IMG/VR virus record: IMGVR_UViG_2698536449_000001
Origin: a virus
Taxonomy: Duplodnaviria > Heunggongvirae > Uroviricota > Caudoviricetes
Length of the DNA: 17,779 bases
Direction: 5' to 3' (one strand)
Shown here: in pieces, positions 1 to 8,714 of the stretch
Position numbering within the stretch: position 1 is the stretch's first letter
How the letters are laid out: each line of letters begins with the position of its first letter
The notes under the pieces: generated by a model
Databases searched by the model: none
What the model was told of the DNA's origin: nothing
The model's input: only the letters and a program-made list of their open reading frames with translations
Position numbers and translations under genes: made by a program

Positions 1-439
1 AGCCACCGTTACGCTGTATCTGAACCAGCAGGCGAACTTCAGACGGATTCCTGTCTCCCTTTGAGGTGGTTTCCACCAGTGCCTGTACACCGAAGGTAAA
101 ACGCAGTCGGTCAATGTTTGCCGACGTGATGGTCCGGGTGATCGGCGTGTCATATTTCACTTCCGTACCCAGCACCGTCTCGGAGCCGGAGGATTCAAAT
201 CCCTCCGGCGGTGACTGCTCCTGCTCACCTGCCCGGAACACCACCGTGACGCCGGAGATGTTGGTATTCCCCTCACTGTCCAGCACCGGCGTACTGTTCA
301 GCAGCACGCTTTTTAATCCATCCACCGGACCTTCAACCGGCCCTTCGCTGATGGCATCGATCACACTCAGCAGCTGCGTGGACTTCAGGTTGTCCTTCGC
401 TTCGCGCGGGGTATGCCCCTTACTGCTGCCTTTACCCAT
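1..439 (-). CDS. J: Central tail fibre / host-specificity protein J, 5' portion only (about 146 codons; gene runs off the window start)
   Basis: Minus-strand frame is open from the ATG at 439-437 to the window edge and translates as MGKGSSKGHTPREAKDNLKSTQLLSVIDAISEGPVEGPVDGLKS..., the lambda gpJ N-terminus as I recall it. Absent from the ORF track only because there is no stop in the window. Sits downstream of I, as in lambda. Confidence 0.9.
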   Translation of the reverse strand, partial: MGKGSSKGHTPREAKDNLKSTQLLSVIDAISEGPVEGPVDGLKSVLLNSTPVLDSEGNTNISGVTVVFRAGEQEQSPPEGFESSGSETVLGTEVKYDTPITRTITSANIDRLRFTFGVQALVETTSKGDRNPSEVRLLVQIQRNGG

Positions 440-499
440 TCGTCATGCTCCATAAACGATAAAACCGCCCGGAGGCGATTTCACATAAAACATTTTGCA

Positions 500-1171
500 T
501 CAGCGACCAATCACCACAACCTGACCACCGTCCCCTTCGTCTGCCGTGCTGATCTCCTGAGATACCACACGTGACCCCACGCGCATTTCACCATACAGAA
601 CAGGCATAACATTGCCCTGGGCAACCATGTTATCCAGTGAGGAGAAATAGGTGTTCTGCTTACCGTTATCCGTTGTCTGTGTGCGGGGAGTTCTGGCTTT
701 CGGTGCCAGCATCTGAGCCACACCGCCGAGCACCATACTGGCACCGAGAGAAAACAGAATGCCGGTCATACCACCGGCACCAATGGCAGCCCCCCATGCT
801 GCAAGGGTGGCTCCGGCGGTAAAGAATGATCCGGCAATGGCGGCTGCTCCCAGGACAATCTGGAATACACCACCTGACTTGGCCCCGGCGACTCTGGGAA
901 CAATATGAATCACAGCGCCGTCAGGCAGAGCCTCATGTAACTGTGCCGTTAATCCGGACGTGCTAACATCCTGCCCGGCAATACGCACCTGATACCAGCC
1001 GTCGCTCAGCTTCTGACGAAACGCAGGGAGCTGTGTGGCCATCGCCCGGATGGCTTCGGCACCCGTTTTCACACGAAGGTCGATGCGGCGGCCAAATCGT
1101 TGCAAATCCCCGTAAAGGCAGATGCGTGCCATGCCCGGTGACGCCAGAGGGAGTGTGTGCGTCGCTGCCAT
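500..1171 (-). CDS. I: Tail tip assembly protein I
   Basis: 223-aa ORF (MAATHTLPLASPGMARICLYGDLQRFGRRIDLRVK...) with the length and sequence of lambda gpI from memory. Its start overlaps the 3' end of K by 103 nt in another frame, as in lambda. Confidence 0.92.
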   Translation of the reverse strand: MAATHTLPLASPGMARICLYGDLQRFGRRIDLRVKTGAEAIRAMATQLPAFRQKLSDGWYQVRIAGQDVSTSGLTAQLHEALPDGAVIHIVPRVAGAKSGGVFQIVLGAAAIAGSFFTAGATLAAWGAAIGAGGMTGILFSLGASMVLGGVAQMLAPKARTPRTQTTDNGKQNTYFSSLDNMVAQGNVMPVLYGEMRVGSRVVSQEISTADEGDGGQVVVIGR

Positions 1172-1617
1172 TTGTCGGTATACCTCTCTCGTTTGCTCAG
1201 TTGTTCAGGAATATGGTGCAGCAGCCCGCCGTCACCGCAGTAAATGGCGGCATGATTCGGCACCGATGAACCAAAACAGCACAGCAGCACATCGCCCGGC
1301 TGCGCCGCTGACAACGGCACCTGATACAGCCCTGTGGCCTCCAGATTATCCAGATAGAGATTCTGACCGTGACGCCACCAGTCATCCTCACGATGAAAAT
1401 CCGGCATCTCAATCCCCGCCAGATGGTAAGCATCCCGGAACAGCGTGTAACAGTCCGTCACCCCGTGCTCAAAGCGCCGCCCGGTAAGATGTGGCACACA
1501 GCGGAACTTGTGAATCGCCCCCCGGCAGACCAGCCACCACGGCAAATCACTCTGCACCTGCAGCCGCCGGTCGGCCTCACTCAGCCAGGGCAGACCACCG
1601 GGGTGGCTGTGGACCAG
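1069..1617 (-). CDS. K: Tail tip assembly protein K, 3' segment (codons ~66-247: JAMM motif onward plus NlpC/P60-like region), cut at the ambiguous base at 1618
   Basis: In-frame translation LVHSHPGGLPWLSEAD...TDCYTLFRDAYH...AAASTFV* ending at the stop at 1069-1071. The HxHx7Sx2D JAMM motif is visible. In the ORF track this segment is fused across the n at 1618 to I codons 1-26 from the duplicated block. Confidence 0.8.
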   Translation of the reverse strand: MVHSHPGGLPWLSEADRRLQVQSDLPWWLVCRGAIHKFRCVPHLTGRRFEHGVTDCYTLFRDAYHLAGIEMPDFHREDDWWRHGQNLYLDNLEATGLYQVPLSAAQPGDVLLCCFGSSVPNHAAIYCGDGGLLHHIPEQLSKRERYTDKWQRRTHSLWRHRAWHASAFTGICNDLAAASTFV

Positions 1618-1618
1618 N

Positions 1619-2302
1619 CCAAATCGTTGTAAATCCCCGTAAAGGCAGATGCGCGCCATGCCCGGTGACGCCAGAGGGAGTGTGTGCGTCGCTGCCATTT
1701 GTCGGTGTACCTCTCTCGTTTGCTCAGTTGTTCAGGAATATGGTGCAGCAGCCCGCCGTCACCGCAGTAAATGGCGGCATGATTCGGCACCGATGAACCA
1801 AAACAGCACAGCAGCACATCGCCCGGCTGTGCCTCTGTCAGTGCGACACGGTAAAAACCCGTCACCTCCATATTGTCAAGATAGAGATTCTGACCGTTAC
1901 GCCACCAGTCATCCCCGCGATGAAAATCCGGCATCTCAATCCCTGCCAGATGATAAGCATCCCGGAACAGCGTGTAACAGTCCGTCACCCCGTGCTCAAA
2001 GCGCCGCCCGGTGAGATGCGGCACACAGCGGAACTTGTGAATCGCCCCCCGGCAGACCAGCCACCACGGCAAATCACTCTGCACCTGCAGCCGCCGGTCG
2101 GCCTCACTCAGCCAGGGCAGACCACCGGGGTGGCTGTGGACCAGTGCCACAATCTCACCCTGCATCTCTGCCTGCAGCCAGTCTTCCGGCGACATACGGA
2201 AATACGCCTCCGGCTCACCGGAGATATTCACGCAGGGGAAATATCTTTCCCCCTCCGGCGTTCTTACCACGAAGCCGCACGACTCCGCTGGAGCACATCG
2301 CC
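1619..2302 (-). repeat. Divergent duplicate copy of an internal K/I segment (K codons ~13-239 plus the overlapping start of I), bounded by n at 1618 and the N-run at 2303-2334
   Basis: About 527 bp at 1090-1617 recurs at 1618-2144 with scattered substitutions, and about 165 bp at 2140-2302 recurs at 2345-2516. Translation gives RCAPAESCGFVVRTPEGERYFPCVNISGEPEAYFRMSPEDWLQAEMQGEIVALVHSHPGG...IYNDL. A second I start (MAATHTLPLASPGMARICLYGDLQRF) is present at 1698. Confidence 0.85.
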
Positions 2303-2334
2303 NNNNNNNNNNNNNNNNNNNNNNNNNNNNNNNN
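2303..2334. other. Assembly gap: run of 32 N (a further single n at 1618)
   Basis: Literal n characters in the sequence, both exactly at the junctions of the duplicated K segments. Confidence 0.99.
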
Positions 2335-2547
2335 GGGATGACTGTGGACCAGCGCCACAATCTCACCCTGCATTTGTGCCCGCAGCCAGTCCTCCGGAGC
2401 CATCCGGAACCGTTCCTCCGGCTCACCGGAGATATTCTCGCTGGGAAGATACCTGTCTCCCTCCGGCGTTCTTACCACGAAGCCACACGACTCCGCTGGC
2501 GCACATCGCCGGGCGTGCGCCAGAATCGCTGATTCTGTCTCTGTCAT
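2335..2547 (-). CDS. K: Tail tip assembly protein K, 5' segment (codons 1-71, ending at the LVHSHP JAMM motif where the N-run begins)
   Basis: ATG at 2547-2545 lies 5 nt downstream of the L stop. Translation is MTETESAILAHARRCAPAESCGFVVRTPEGDRYLPSENISGEPEERFRMAPEDWLRAQMQGEIVALVHSHP, then Ns. Confidence 0.8.
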
Positions 2548-2552
2548 GGGAT

Positions 2553-3251
2553 TTACTGCGAAAGTTTGTTAATGGAAAGGAAGCCGCCAAAGTTGCCGAC
2601 GTTATTGCGAAACTTACAGCCACTCAGGCATTTGCTGCATTTATCCTTCGTGATGTCGGACGTTGGCTGGTCATATTCATCCGCGACCGCCGGACCGTGA
2701 TAACCGCACTCATCGCCGCGATAGGTCCAGGTGCAGGTGTTGGCCAGCATGATACGTCCCGGAAAAACAGCGCCATCTGTTTCCGTCGGCGTGGACAGTA
2801 CAAAAGAGGCACTCACCGCGCTCAGTTCGCTGCACTGCTCAATGCGCCAGCGGCTGATCACCTCCTGCTCCGGATCGGCGTCACTGTTTCCGTTGACGAA
2901 GTTCACCGCATCCAGAAAACGGGCGTAAACCTTACGCCGGACCACCGTTCCGCCGACCAGACTCTGTAGATCTTCCGCCATCCCGGTGACCATACCGTAC
3001 AGGTTAGAAACCATCAGCGTGGGGCGCGTACTGGTGCCTTTGCCATTCAGTTCAAAACCACTCCCCTGAATGGGATACGGCTGATACTGTCGCCCCTGCC
3101 AGGTGACCGGCTCACCTTTTTCGTTCTGCTCATTACAGAAAAAATAACGTTCTCCACCGACCTCTGTCAGATCGATTTCCCAGAGCACCACGCTGGCCGA
3201 CTGCTCCGCACGGGTGCATTCATTCAGTGTTTCCTGCCGGATATCCTGCAT
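2553..3251 (-). CDS. L: Tail tip protein L
   Basis: 232-aa ORF (MQDIRQETLNECTRAEQSASVVLWEIDLTEVGGERYFFCNEQ...) matching lambda gpL from memory, with C-terminal cysteines (CSKCLSGC). Its start shares one nucleotide with the M stop, as in lambda. Confidence 0.93.
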   Translation of the reverse strand: MQDIRQETLNECTRAEQSASVVLWEIDLTEVGGERYFFCNEQNEKGEPVTWQGRQYQPYPIQGSGFELNGKGTSTRPTLMVSNLYGMVTGMAEDLQSLVGGTVVRRKVYARFLDAVNFVNGNSDADPEQEVISRWRIEQCSELSAVSASFVLSTPTETDGAVFPGRIMLANTCTWTYRGDECGYHGPAVADEYDQPTSDITKDKCSKCLSGCKFRNNVGNFGGFLSINKLSQ

Positions 3252-3580
3252 CAGTTCACCACCTGTTCAAACTCTGCGCTGAACTCAACACGCAGCATAC
3301 TGACCCGCGACGACCATTTTGCGCAGGTCACCTTTATCTGCCGCCACTCATAAGGCGGCGTCCACAGAAAGGCTTTCCAGCCCCCGTGCTCTTCCAGAAA
3401 CGACTCCAGTACCATGGCCTCCTCACGGGGGACAGAAAGCGTCACGCTGTACGTTTTCAGGTTGGCATTCAGCCCGGCAGGCGCTCGCTGGGAATAGCCA
3501 TCACCAAAGCGCACCTTTCTTACAGAAGGGGCCGAAGCCACATCCATACCGGGTTTCACTTTCCAGCGGAAGGTTTTCAT
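3251..3580 (-). CDS. M: Tail tip assembly protein M
   Basis: 109-aa ORF (MKTFRWKVKPGMDVASAPSVRKVRFGDGYSQRAPAGLNANL...) matching lambda gpM. Its start overlaps the H stop by 4 nt. Confidence 0.93.
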   Translation of the reverse strand: MKTFRWKVKPGMDVASAPSVRKVRFGDGYSQRAPAGLNANLKTYSVTLSVPREEAMVLESFLEEHGGWKAFLWTPPYEWRQIKVTCAKWSSRVSMLRVEFSAEFEQVVN

Positions 3581-6138
3581 CGTCCACCTCCGGAGAACAG
3601 GCCACCATCACGCATCTGTGTCTGAATTTCATCACGGGCACCCTTGCGGGCCATGTCATACACGGCCTTCATCATCTGTGGACCTGGCAGACCATTCGTA
3701 CCGTCGTTCTGAATCACCACGTGATTGTTCTGATTAAAATTAATGCCTTCAGCCCGCCGCATCTGCGCCGGACTTCCGGCACCGCCCACATAACCACCTT
3801 CCGCATAGCCGCGCATCAGCCGGTAGAGATTCCCCACGCCAATCCGGCTGGTTGCCTCCTTCGTGAAGACAAATTCACCACGGTGAACAATCCCCGCTGG
3901 CTCATATTTGCCGCCGGTTCCCGTAAATCCCCCGGTTGCAAAATGGAATTTCACCGCAGCGGCCTGAATGGCTGTACCACCTGACGCGGATGCGCCGCCA
4001 CCAACAGCCCCGCCAATGGCGCTGCCGATACTCCCGACAATCCCCACCATTGCCTGCTTAAGCAGAATTTCTGTCATCATGGACAGCACGGAGCGGGTGA
4101 AGCTGCGCCAGTTCTGTTCACTGCCGGTCAGCATCGCCGCCATATTCTGTGCAATACCATCAAAGGTCTGCGTGGCTGCACTTTTAACCTGTGACATACT
4201 GTCCGTGGCGCTCTCTTCCCACTCACTCCAGCCGGACTTCAGGCCTGCCATCCAGCTCCCGCGAAGCTGGTCTTCAGCCGCCCAGGTCTTTTTCTGCTCT
4301 GACATGACGTTATTCAGCGCCAGAGGATTATCGCCATACTGTTCCTTCAGGCGCTGTTCCGTGGCTTCCCGCGCTGCCTGCCGGTCAGTCAGCCCCCGGT
4401 TTTTCGCATCAATGGCTGCCCGTTTTGCCCGTTGCTGCTGTGCGAATTTATCCGCCTGCTGCGCCAGCGCATTCAGGTGCTCCTGATACGTAACCTTGTC
4501 ACCAAGTGCAGCCAGCTGGCGTTTGTACTCCAGCGTCTCGTCTTTATGCGCCAGCAGGGATTTCTCCTGTGCGGACAGCTGGCGACGTTGTGCCGCCTCC
4601 TCCAGTACCGCGAACTGACTTTCTGCCTTCCACAAATCCCGGCGCTGCTGGCTGATTTTCTCATTCGCTCCGGCATGCTTCTCCAGCGTCCGGAGTTCTG
4701 CCTGAAGCGTCAGCAGGGCCGCATGAGCACTGTCTTCCTGACGATCGCCCGCATACACCTTCACGCCGGACTGTTTCGGCTTTTTCAGCGTCGCTTCATA
4801 ATCCTTTTTCGCCGCCGCCATCAGCGTGTTGTAATCTGCCTGCAGGATTTTTCCGTCTTTCAGTGCCTTGTTCAGTTCTTCCTGACGGGCGGTATATTTC
4901 TCCAGCGGCGTCTGCAGCCGTTCGTAAGCCTTCTGCGCCTCTTCGGTATATTTCAGCCGTGACGCTTCGGTATCGCTCTGCTGCTGCGCATTTTTGTCCT
5001 GTTGACGCTGTTGATCTACCCTCTTTTGGGCTGCATCCCGCTCCAGGCGTTTTTTTTCACGATCATCCCAGTAACGCGCCCGTGCTTCATCGTTAACGAA
5101 ATAATCATCCTTGCGCAGATTCCAGATGTCGTCTGCTTTCTTAAACGCAGCCTCTGCCTTAATCAGCATCTCCTGCGCGGTATCAGGACGACCAATATCC
5201 AGCACCGCATCCCACATGGATTTGAATGCACGTGCAGTCCTGTCTGCCCAGGTCTCCAGCGTGCCCATGTTCTCTTTCAGGCGGCGGGTCTGGTCATCAA
5301 ACCCTTTCGTTGCGGCCTCGTTCGCCGCCTGCAATGCCCCGGCTTCATCGCCGGAACGCTGCAACTGAGCAACATACGCAATCTGCTCCGCCGTCACGTT
5401 ATGGAACTGGCGTGCCATCGCCGTCAGCCCCGACGTCGGGTCTGTGGTCAGCTTCCCGAAGGCTTCAGCGACCTTGTCCACCTCCACGCCGGATGCATAG
5501 GAGAAACGCGCCACACTCTGGCTGATGGACGCAATCTGAGCCTCACCGCTTACCCCCGCCTTAACCAGTGCGCTGAGTGACTCGCTGGTCTGGTTAAACG
5601 TCAGCCCTGCCGCCTGCCCGGCTCTGGACAGGACCAGCATACGATCTGCCGTCAGTCCCGCCTGATTACCGGAAAGGACCAGCGTTTTGTTGAAATCGGA
5701 CAGGGTTGAGTTGCCCTGATACCAGGCATACGCCAGCGCACCGGTCGCCACCGCCAGCGAGGTGGCCCCCACCATCGGCAGGGTGATCGCGCCGGCAAGC
5801 CCCCTGAACATGGGGATCATCCCGCCGAAGGAGTCCTTAACCTGACCACCCTGTTGCAGCAGGATCAGCCAGGGATTCTGCCCCCCTGCAAGCTGCGTGG
5901 CCACGTCGGTGAACTGTGCAGGCAGCATACGCATGGCGGCTTTATACTGCCCGACGGAAATCCCCGCTTTCTGTGCAGCCAGCGCCTGTCGGCTCAGCGA
6001 CTGTTCAACGACTGCCGCTGTTTTTTTCGCATCACTTTCCGTACCGGAAAAATGACGCCTGACTCTGGCCATCTGCTCGTCAAATCTGGCCGCATCCAGA
6101 CTCAAATCAACGACCAGATCGCCTACCGGTTCAGCCAT
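3577..6138 (-). CDS. H: Tail tape measure protein H
   Basis: 853-aa ORF, the same length as lambda gpH, with an N-terminus (MAEPVGDLVVDLSLDAARFDEQMARVRRHF...) I recognise. Long coiled-coil-like central region and a Gly-rich C-terminal part. Overlaps the T ORF by 8 nt. Confidence 0.95.
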   Translation of the reverse strand: MAEPVGDLVVDLSLDAARFDEQMARVRRHFSGTESDAKKTAAVVEQSLSRQALAAQKAGISVGQYKAAMRMLPAQFTDVATQLAGGQNPWLILLQQGGQVKDSFGGMIPMFRGLAGAITLPMVGATSLAVATGALAYAWYQGNSTLSDFNKTLVLSGNQAGLTADRMLVLSRAGQAAGLTFNQTSESLSALVKAGVSGEAQIASISQSVARFSYASGVEVDKVAEAFGKLTTDPTSGLTAMARQFHNVTAEQIAYVAQLQRSGDEAGALQAANEAATKGFDDQTRRLKENMGTLETWADRTARAFKSMWDAVLDIGRPDTAQEMLIKAEAAFKKADDIWNLRKDDYFVNDEARARYWDDREKKRLERDAAQKRVDQQRQQDKNAQQQSDTEASRLKYTEEAQKAYERLQTPLEKYTARQEELNKALKDGKILQADYNTLMAAAKKDYEATLKKPKQSGVKVYAGDRQEDSAHAALLTLQAELRTLEKHAGANEKISQQRRDLWKAESQFAVLEEAAQRRQLSAQEKSLLAHKDETLEYKRQLAALGDKVTYQEHLNALAQQADKFAQQQRAKRAAIDAKNRGLTDRQAAREATEQRLKEQYGDNPLALNNVMSEQKKTWAAEDQLRGSWMAGLKSGWSEWEESATDSMSQVKSAATQTFDGIAQNMAAMLTGSEQNWRSFTRSVLSMMTEILLKQAMVGIVGSIGSAIGGAVGGGASASGGTAIQAAAVKFHFATGGFTGTGGKYEPAGIVHRGEFVFTKEATSRIGVGNLYRLMRGYAEGGYVGGAGSPAQMRRAEGINFNQNNHVVIQNDGTNGLPGPQMMKAVYDMARKGARDEIQTQMRDGGLFSGGGR

Positions 6139-6565
6139 ACCGGACTCCTCCTGCGATCCCTTCTGATACTGTCATCAGCATTACGTCATCCTCCGTCATG
6201 TCCGCCACATCCGGGGAAGCGGGGATAACTTCATTCCCGTCCGGGCCAAAGCGGACACCTCCGGCAAGCCCTGCCGCTTTCTGCATCAGCACATCATCTT
6301 CAGGCTCTTCGTCAGCCTCGCGCCGGTTCAGCAGACTGAAATCCAGCGGATGCATCTCCGGATCGCTGAAAAACAGGCTGAGCACGGTGTACGTCAGCCC
6401 GGAAAAGTGCATATCCAGCAGAACATCATGAAAATAATGGGTACTGTAAAAGCGGTGCCAGTCGGCATACTCCGTGGATGACATCCCGGCAAGCATGGCG
6501 CGCCAGTCGGGTCGCCCCATCTCACGCGCCAGTTTCAGGGCAAAACTCAGCTCACCGTCGAACAC
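6131..6565 (-). CDS. T: T segment of tail assembly chaperone gpGT; expected to be translated only as a G-T fusion after a -1 frameshift, not from its own start
   Basis: Open frame in the -1 frame relative to G, beginning inside the slippery site. The ORF-track start is a GTG rendered as M. Position and product match lambda T. Confidence 0.85.
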   Translation of the reverse strand: MFDGELSFALKLAREMGRPDWRAMLAGMSSTEYADWHRFYSTHYFHDVLLDMHFSGLTYTVLSLFFSDPEMHPLDFSLLNRREADEEPEDDVLMQKAAGLAGGVRFGPDGNEVIPASPDVADMTEDDVMLMTVSEGIAGGVRYG

Positions 6566-6969
6566 TTTCCCGCAGAAACAGGCTCTGCAGGCCCGGCGTC
6601 CTCTGCCTGTTCAGGAGCATCATTCACCACAAACTCATACATACCGGACAGCCGGTACACCACGTTTTCAGCATGAGAAATTGCCTCTGTGGGCCAGGTG
6701 GTAAGCACTTCCTGCTCAATCTGTTTAACGGCTTCATTCATGGACGGCATCTGCGTCTTCTTCGGATGGTTATGCCACAGGGACATCGCAACCACAAAAG
6801 CGCCGGTTCTGATGGCGTCTTCCACAGTAAACTTCCGGTTGCTGTCTGACTCCGCCTGTTCTGCCTGCCGTTTCATCAGGTCGAGATGCTCAATACGCTG
6901 CAGGGCTGACAGTTCAGAAAGCGTGACGGTCACACCGTTATGTTCAAATGATTCGGTTTTCAGGAACAT
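6547..6969 (-). CDS. G: Tail assembly chaperone G
   Basis: 140-aa ORF (MFLKTESFEHNGVTVTLSELSALQRIEHLDLMKRQ...SAGKCSTVS) matching lambda gpG, with the frameshift site near its 3' end. Confidence 0.92.
   Translation of the reverse strand: MFLKTESFEHNGVTVTLSELSALQRIEHLDLMKRQAEQAESDSNRKFTVEDAIRTGAFVVAMSLWHNHPKKTQMPSMNEAVKQIEQEVLTTWPTEAISHAENVVYRLSGMYEFVVNDAPEQAEDAGPAEPVSAGKCSTVS
6565..6571 (-). other. Programmed -1 ribosomal frameshift slippery heptamer G GGA AAG (G to GT)
   Basis: Plus strand 6565-6571 is ctttccc, so the minus strand reads GGGAAAG. In the G frame it falls as xxG GGA AAG, 6 codons before the G stop at 6547-6549. The -1 frame then continues open through T. Confidence 0.85.
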
Positions 6970-6984
6970 CGCTGACTCTCCGGA

Positions 6985-7725
6985 TTAACTGGCGGTGACG
7001 TTGATTTCTGCAACCGCAGCAAACTCACCATTACCAGATACGACCGGAATGTTGACCTTGCCTGCAGCAACACCTTTCACGGTGATGGTCATACCACTGA
7101 CCGACACGGTGGCTTTTGTTTTATCCGCAGACACCGCACGGAAGCTCTTGTCGGTTGCGCCATCCGGCTGGAATGCCACGGTCAGCGTGGTGCTCTGCCC
7201 TTTCACTACGGAAGCACTGGCGGGTGTCACCGTCATGCCGGTCGTCGCCGTCACCGTGCTGCGATCTTCTGCCATCGACGGACGTCCCACATTGGTGACC
7301 TTCACCGTGCGGGTAATCACCTCCTTCGCCGTCACCGCCTTACCGATACTGCTGACCCAGCCACGGAACACATCGACCGTGCCGTTCGGGAAGCGGATTT
7401 TATAGGCACGGGTATCACCTTCATTAAACCACGCCAGCAGCGCCTGCTGCCCCTGCTCTCCGGGCATCCACGCCAGCGTGAAGCTGGTATCTCCGGCAGA
7501 TTTCTGCCCCTGCCCGGTCGCAGTCCAGTCTGCATCTTCATCATCGAGATAGCTGTCGTCATAGGACTCAGCGGTCAGTTCGCCGGGCGTCAGGTCTTTA
7601 ACTTTTGCCAGACGCGACCAGTCAACGTCTGAAAGCGGGTTCGCATAAGGGTCACCGCTCCCCTTATAAACCCACAGGGTGGTCCCGGCACCTTTCACCG
7701 GCATTGTAGGATTTGGTACAGGCAT
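6985..7725 (-). CDS. V: Major tail tube protein V (C-terminal Ig-like domain)
   Basis: The ORF-track entry 6985..7755 starts 10 codons too early. The lambda gpV N-terminus [22 protein letters not shown] begins at the ATG at 7725, preceded by a GAGGA Shine-Dalgarno and lying 8 nt after the U stop. 246 aa. Confidence 0.92.
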   Translation of the reverse strand: MPVPNPTMPVKGAGTTLWVYKGSGDPYANPLSDVDWSRLAKVKDLTPGELTAESYDDSYLDDEDADWTATGQGQKSAGDTSFTLAWMPGEQGQQALLAWFNEGDTRAYKIRFPNGTVDVFRGWVSSIGKAVTAKEVITRTVKVTNVGRPSMAEDRSTVTATTGMTVTPASASVVKGQSTTLTVAFQPDGATDKSFRAVSADKTKATVSVSGMTITVKGVAAGKVNIPVVSGNGEFAAVAEINVTAS

Positions 7726-7732
7726 AGCGTCC

Positions 7733-8128
7733 TCACATTTCATAGATAATGACATAAGTCAGATCGGCTGAACTCCACAGGCCCGCATCATCGTCGCGCC
7801 GGTAGTCATAGCCGCTGGCCACCATACTGGTGATCAAATCTGACAGTGCCGGGATATCGCTCATCACCGGATAAATCCGGGACTCCATCCACGAATCCAG
7901 CTCTGAATCCGGCACCTGAGCAGGCAGGAAAACTTCAATATGCAGCTCCGCCTGCCAGGTATCGCTGTCCAGCTCTTCGCCCGTGTATTCAGCGCCGGTG
8001 AGATAAACGGCAATTGCCGGAAAATCTTCCTCATCAAAAACAGCGGGGCGACCATCAAAAAGCGTCGCCCCGGTGTCATGCTTCTCCAGTGCATCCAGTA
8101 CGGCTGCACGGAGTTCAGTATGTTTCAT
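7733..8128 (-). CDS. U: Tail terminator protein U
   Basis: 131-aa ORF ([36 protein letters not shown]...) matching lambda gpU. Its start overlaps the Z stop by 4 nt. Confidence 0.93.
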   Translation of the reverse strand: MKHTELRAAVLDALEKHDTGATLFDGRPAVFDEEDFPAIAVYLTGAEYTGEELDSDTWQAELHIEVFLPAQVPDSELDSWMESRIYPVMSDIPALSDLITSMVASGYDYRRDDDAGLWSSADLTYVIIYEM

Positions 8129-8703
8129 CGCTTTATTACCATTCTCAGTTGATGCTGCAGCGCATAGCCCAGCTCTTTCGGAAGACGTTCACGCCGTATC
8201 CGTTCAATATTCTGTTTAAACGCCGTGGTCAGCGGCACCGCCATCGGGATTTTCACCACATCAATGGGGTAACGGTTTTTCCCGGCCACACGCTGCATAA
8301 CATGCCACCGGCCGTTTTTCAGTTGCTGAATAAACGCGCCGGGAATACGACGGTTACCCACCACAAGCACGCTGCCGCCACCTTTCAGGGATGAACGCTG
8401 CCCCTTTTTATGACGCCTGCGGCGGGACAGGACAACCCGCGCATTACCCAGCTTGATTACGGGCAAATCCCCCCGGTTAACTTTGATTCTGGCCTGCGGA
8501 TTTTTGACCGTGGCCCTTTTCAGCCTGGCCCTTTCCTTTACCAGTTTCCGGCGTACCTTTGTCTCACGGGCAACCTGTGACGCAGACTGCGATATCGCGG
8601 ATGAAGCAACGCGGTTAATGGCCATTGCGGCGGCACCGGGCACCGCCGTTTTGCTGATACGGCTGAGGTTTTCAACGGCCTGCTCAAGACCTTTTATGGC
8701 CAT
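8125..8703 (-). CDS. Z: Tail completion protein Z
   Basis: 192-aa ORF (MAIKGLEQAVENLSRISKTAVPGAAAMAINRVASS...) matching lambda gpZ. Confidence 0.92.
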   Translation of the reverse strand: MAIKGLEQAVENLSRISKTAVPGAAAMAINRVASSAISQSASQVARETKVRRKLVKERARLKRATVKNPQARIKVNRGDLPVIKLGNARVVLSRRRRHKKGQRSSLKGGGSVLVVGNRRIPGAFIQQLKNGRWHVMQRVAGKNRYPIDVVKIPMAVPLTTAFKQNIERIRRERLPKELGYALQHQLRMVIKR

Positions 8704-8714
8704 ACATCCCCCTT

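Noticed and set aside
66-455. 129-aa plus-strand ORF
   Set aside because: Lies antisense within the J coding region, whose minus-strand translation is the recognisable gpJ N-terminus. Ser/Thr/Pro-rich and typical of antisense frames in GC-rich genes.
1090-2516. Tandem repeats considered as a CRISPR array or minisatellite
   Set aside because: The repeat units are about 527 bp and about 165 bp, protein-coding (K/I), and bounded by Ns. No short direct repeats with unique spacers are present.
1920-2969. 349-aa plus-strand ORF spanning the N-run
   Set aside because: Antisense to K and L, reads straight through the 32-N gap (a run of X in the translation), and is Pro/Arg-rich. An artefact of long open antisense frames.
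3968-5580. Several 170-190-aa plus-strand ORFs (3968..4486, 4432..4962, 5002..5580)
   Set aside because: All lie antisense inside the tape measure gene H, whose 853-aa product matches lambda gpH. Low-complexity Cys/Arg/Leu-rich translations.
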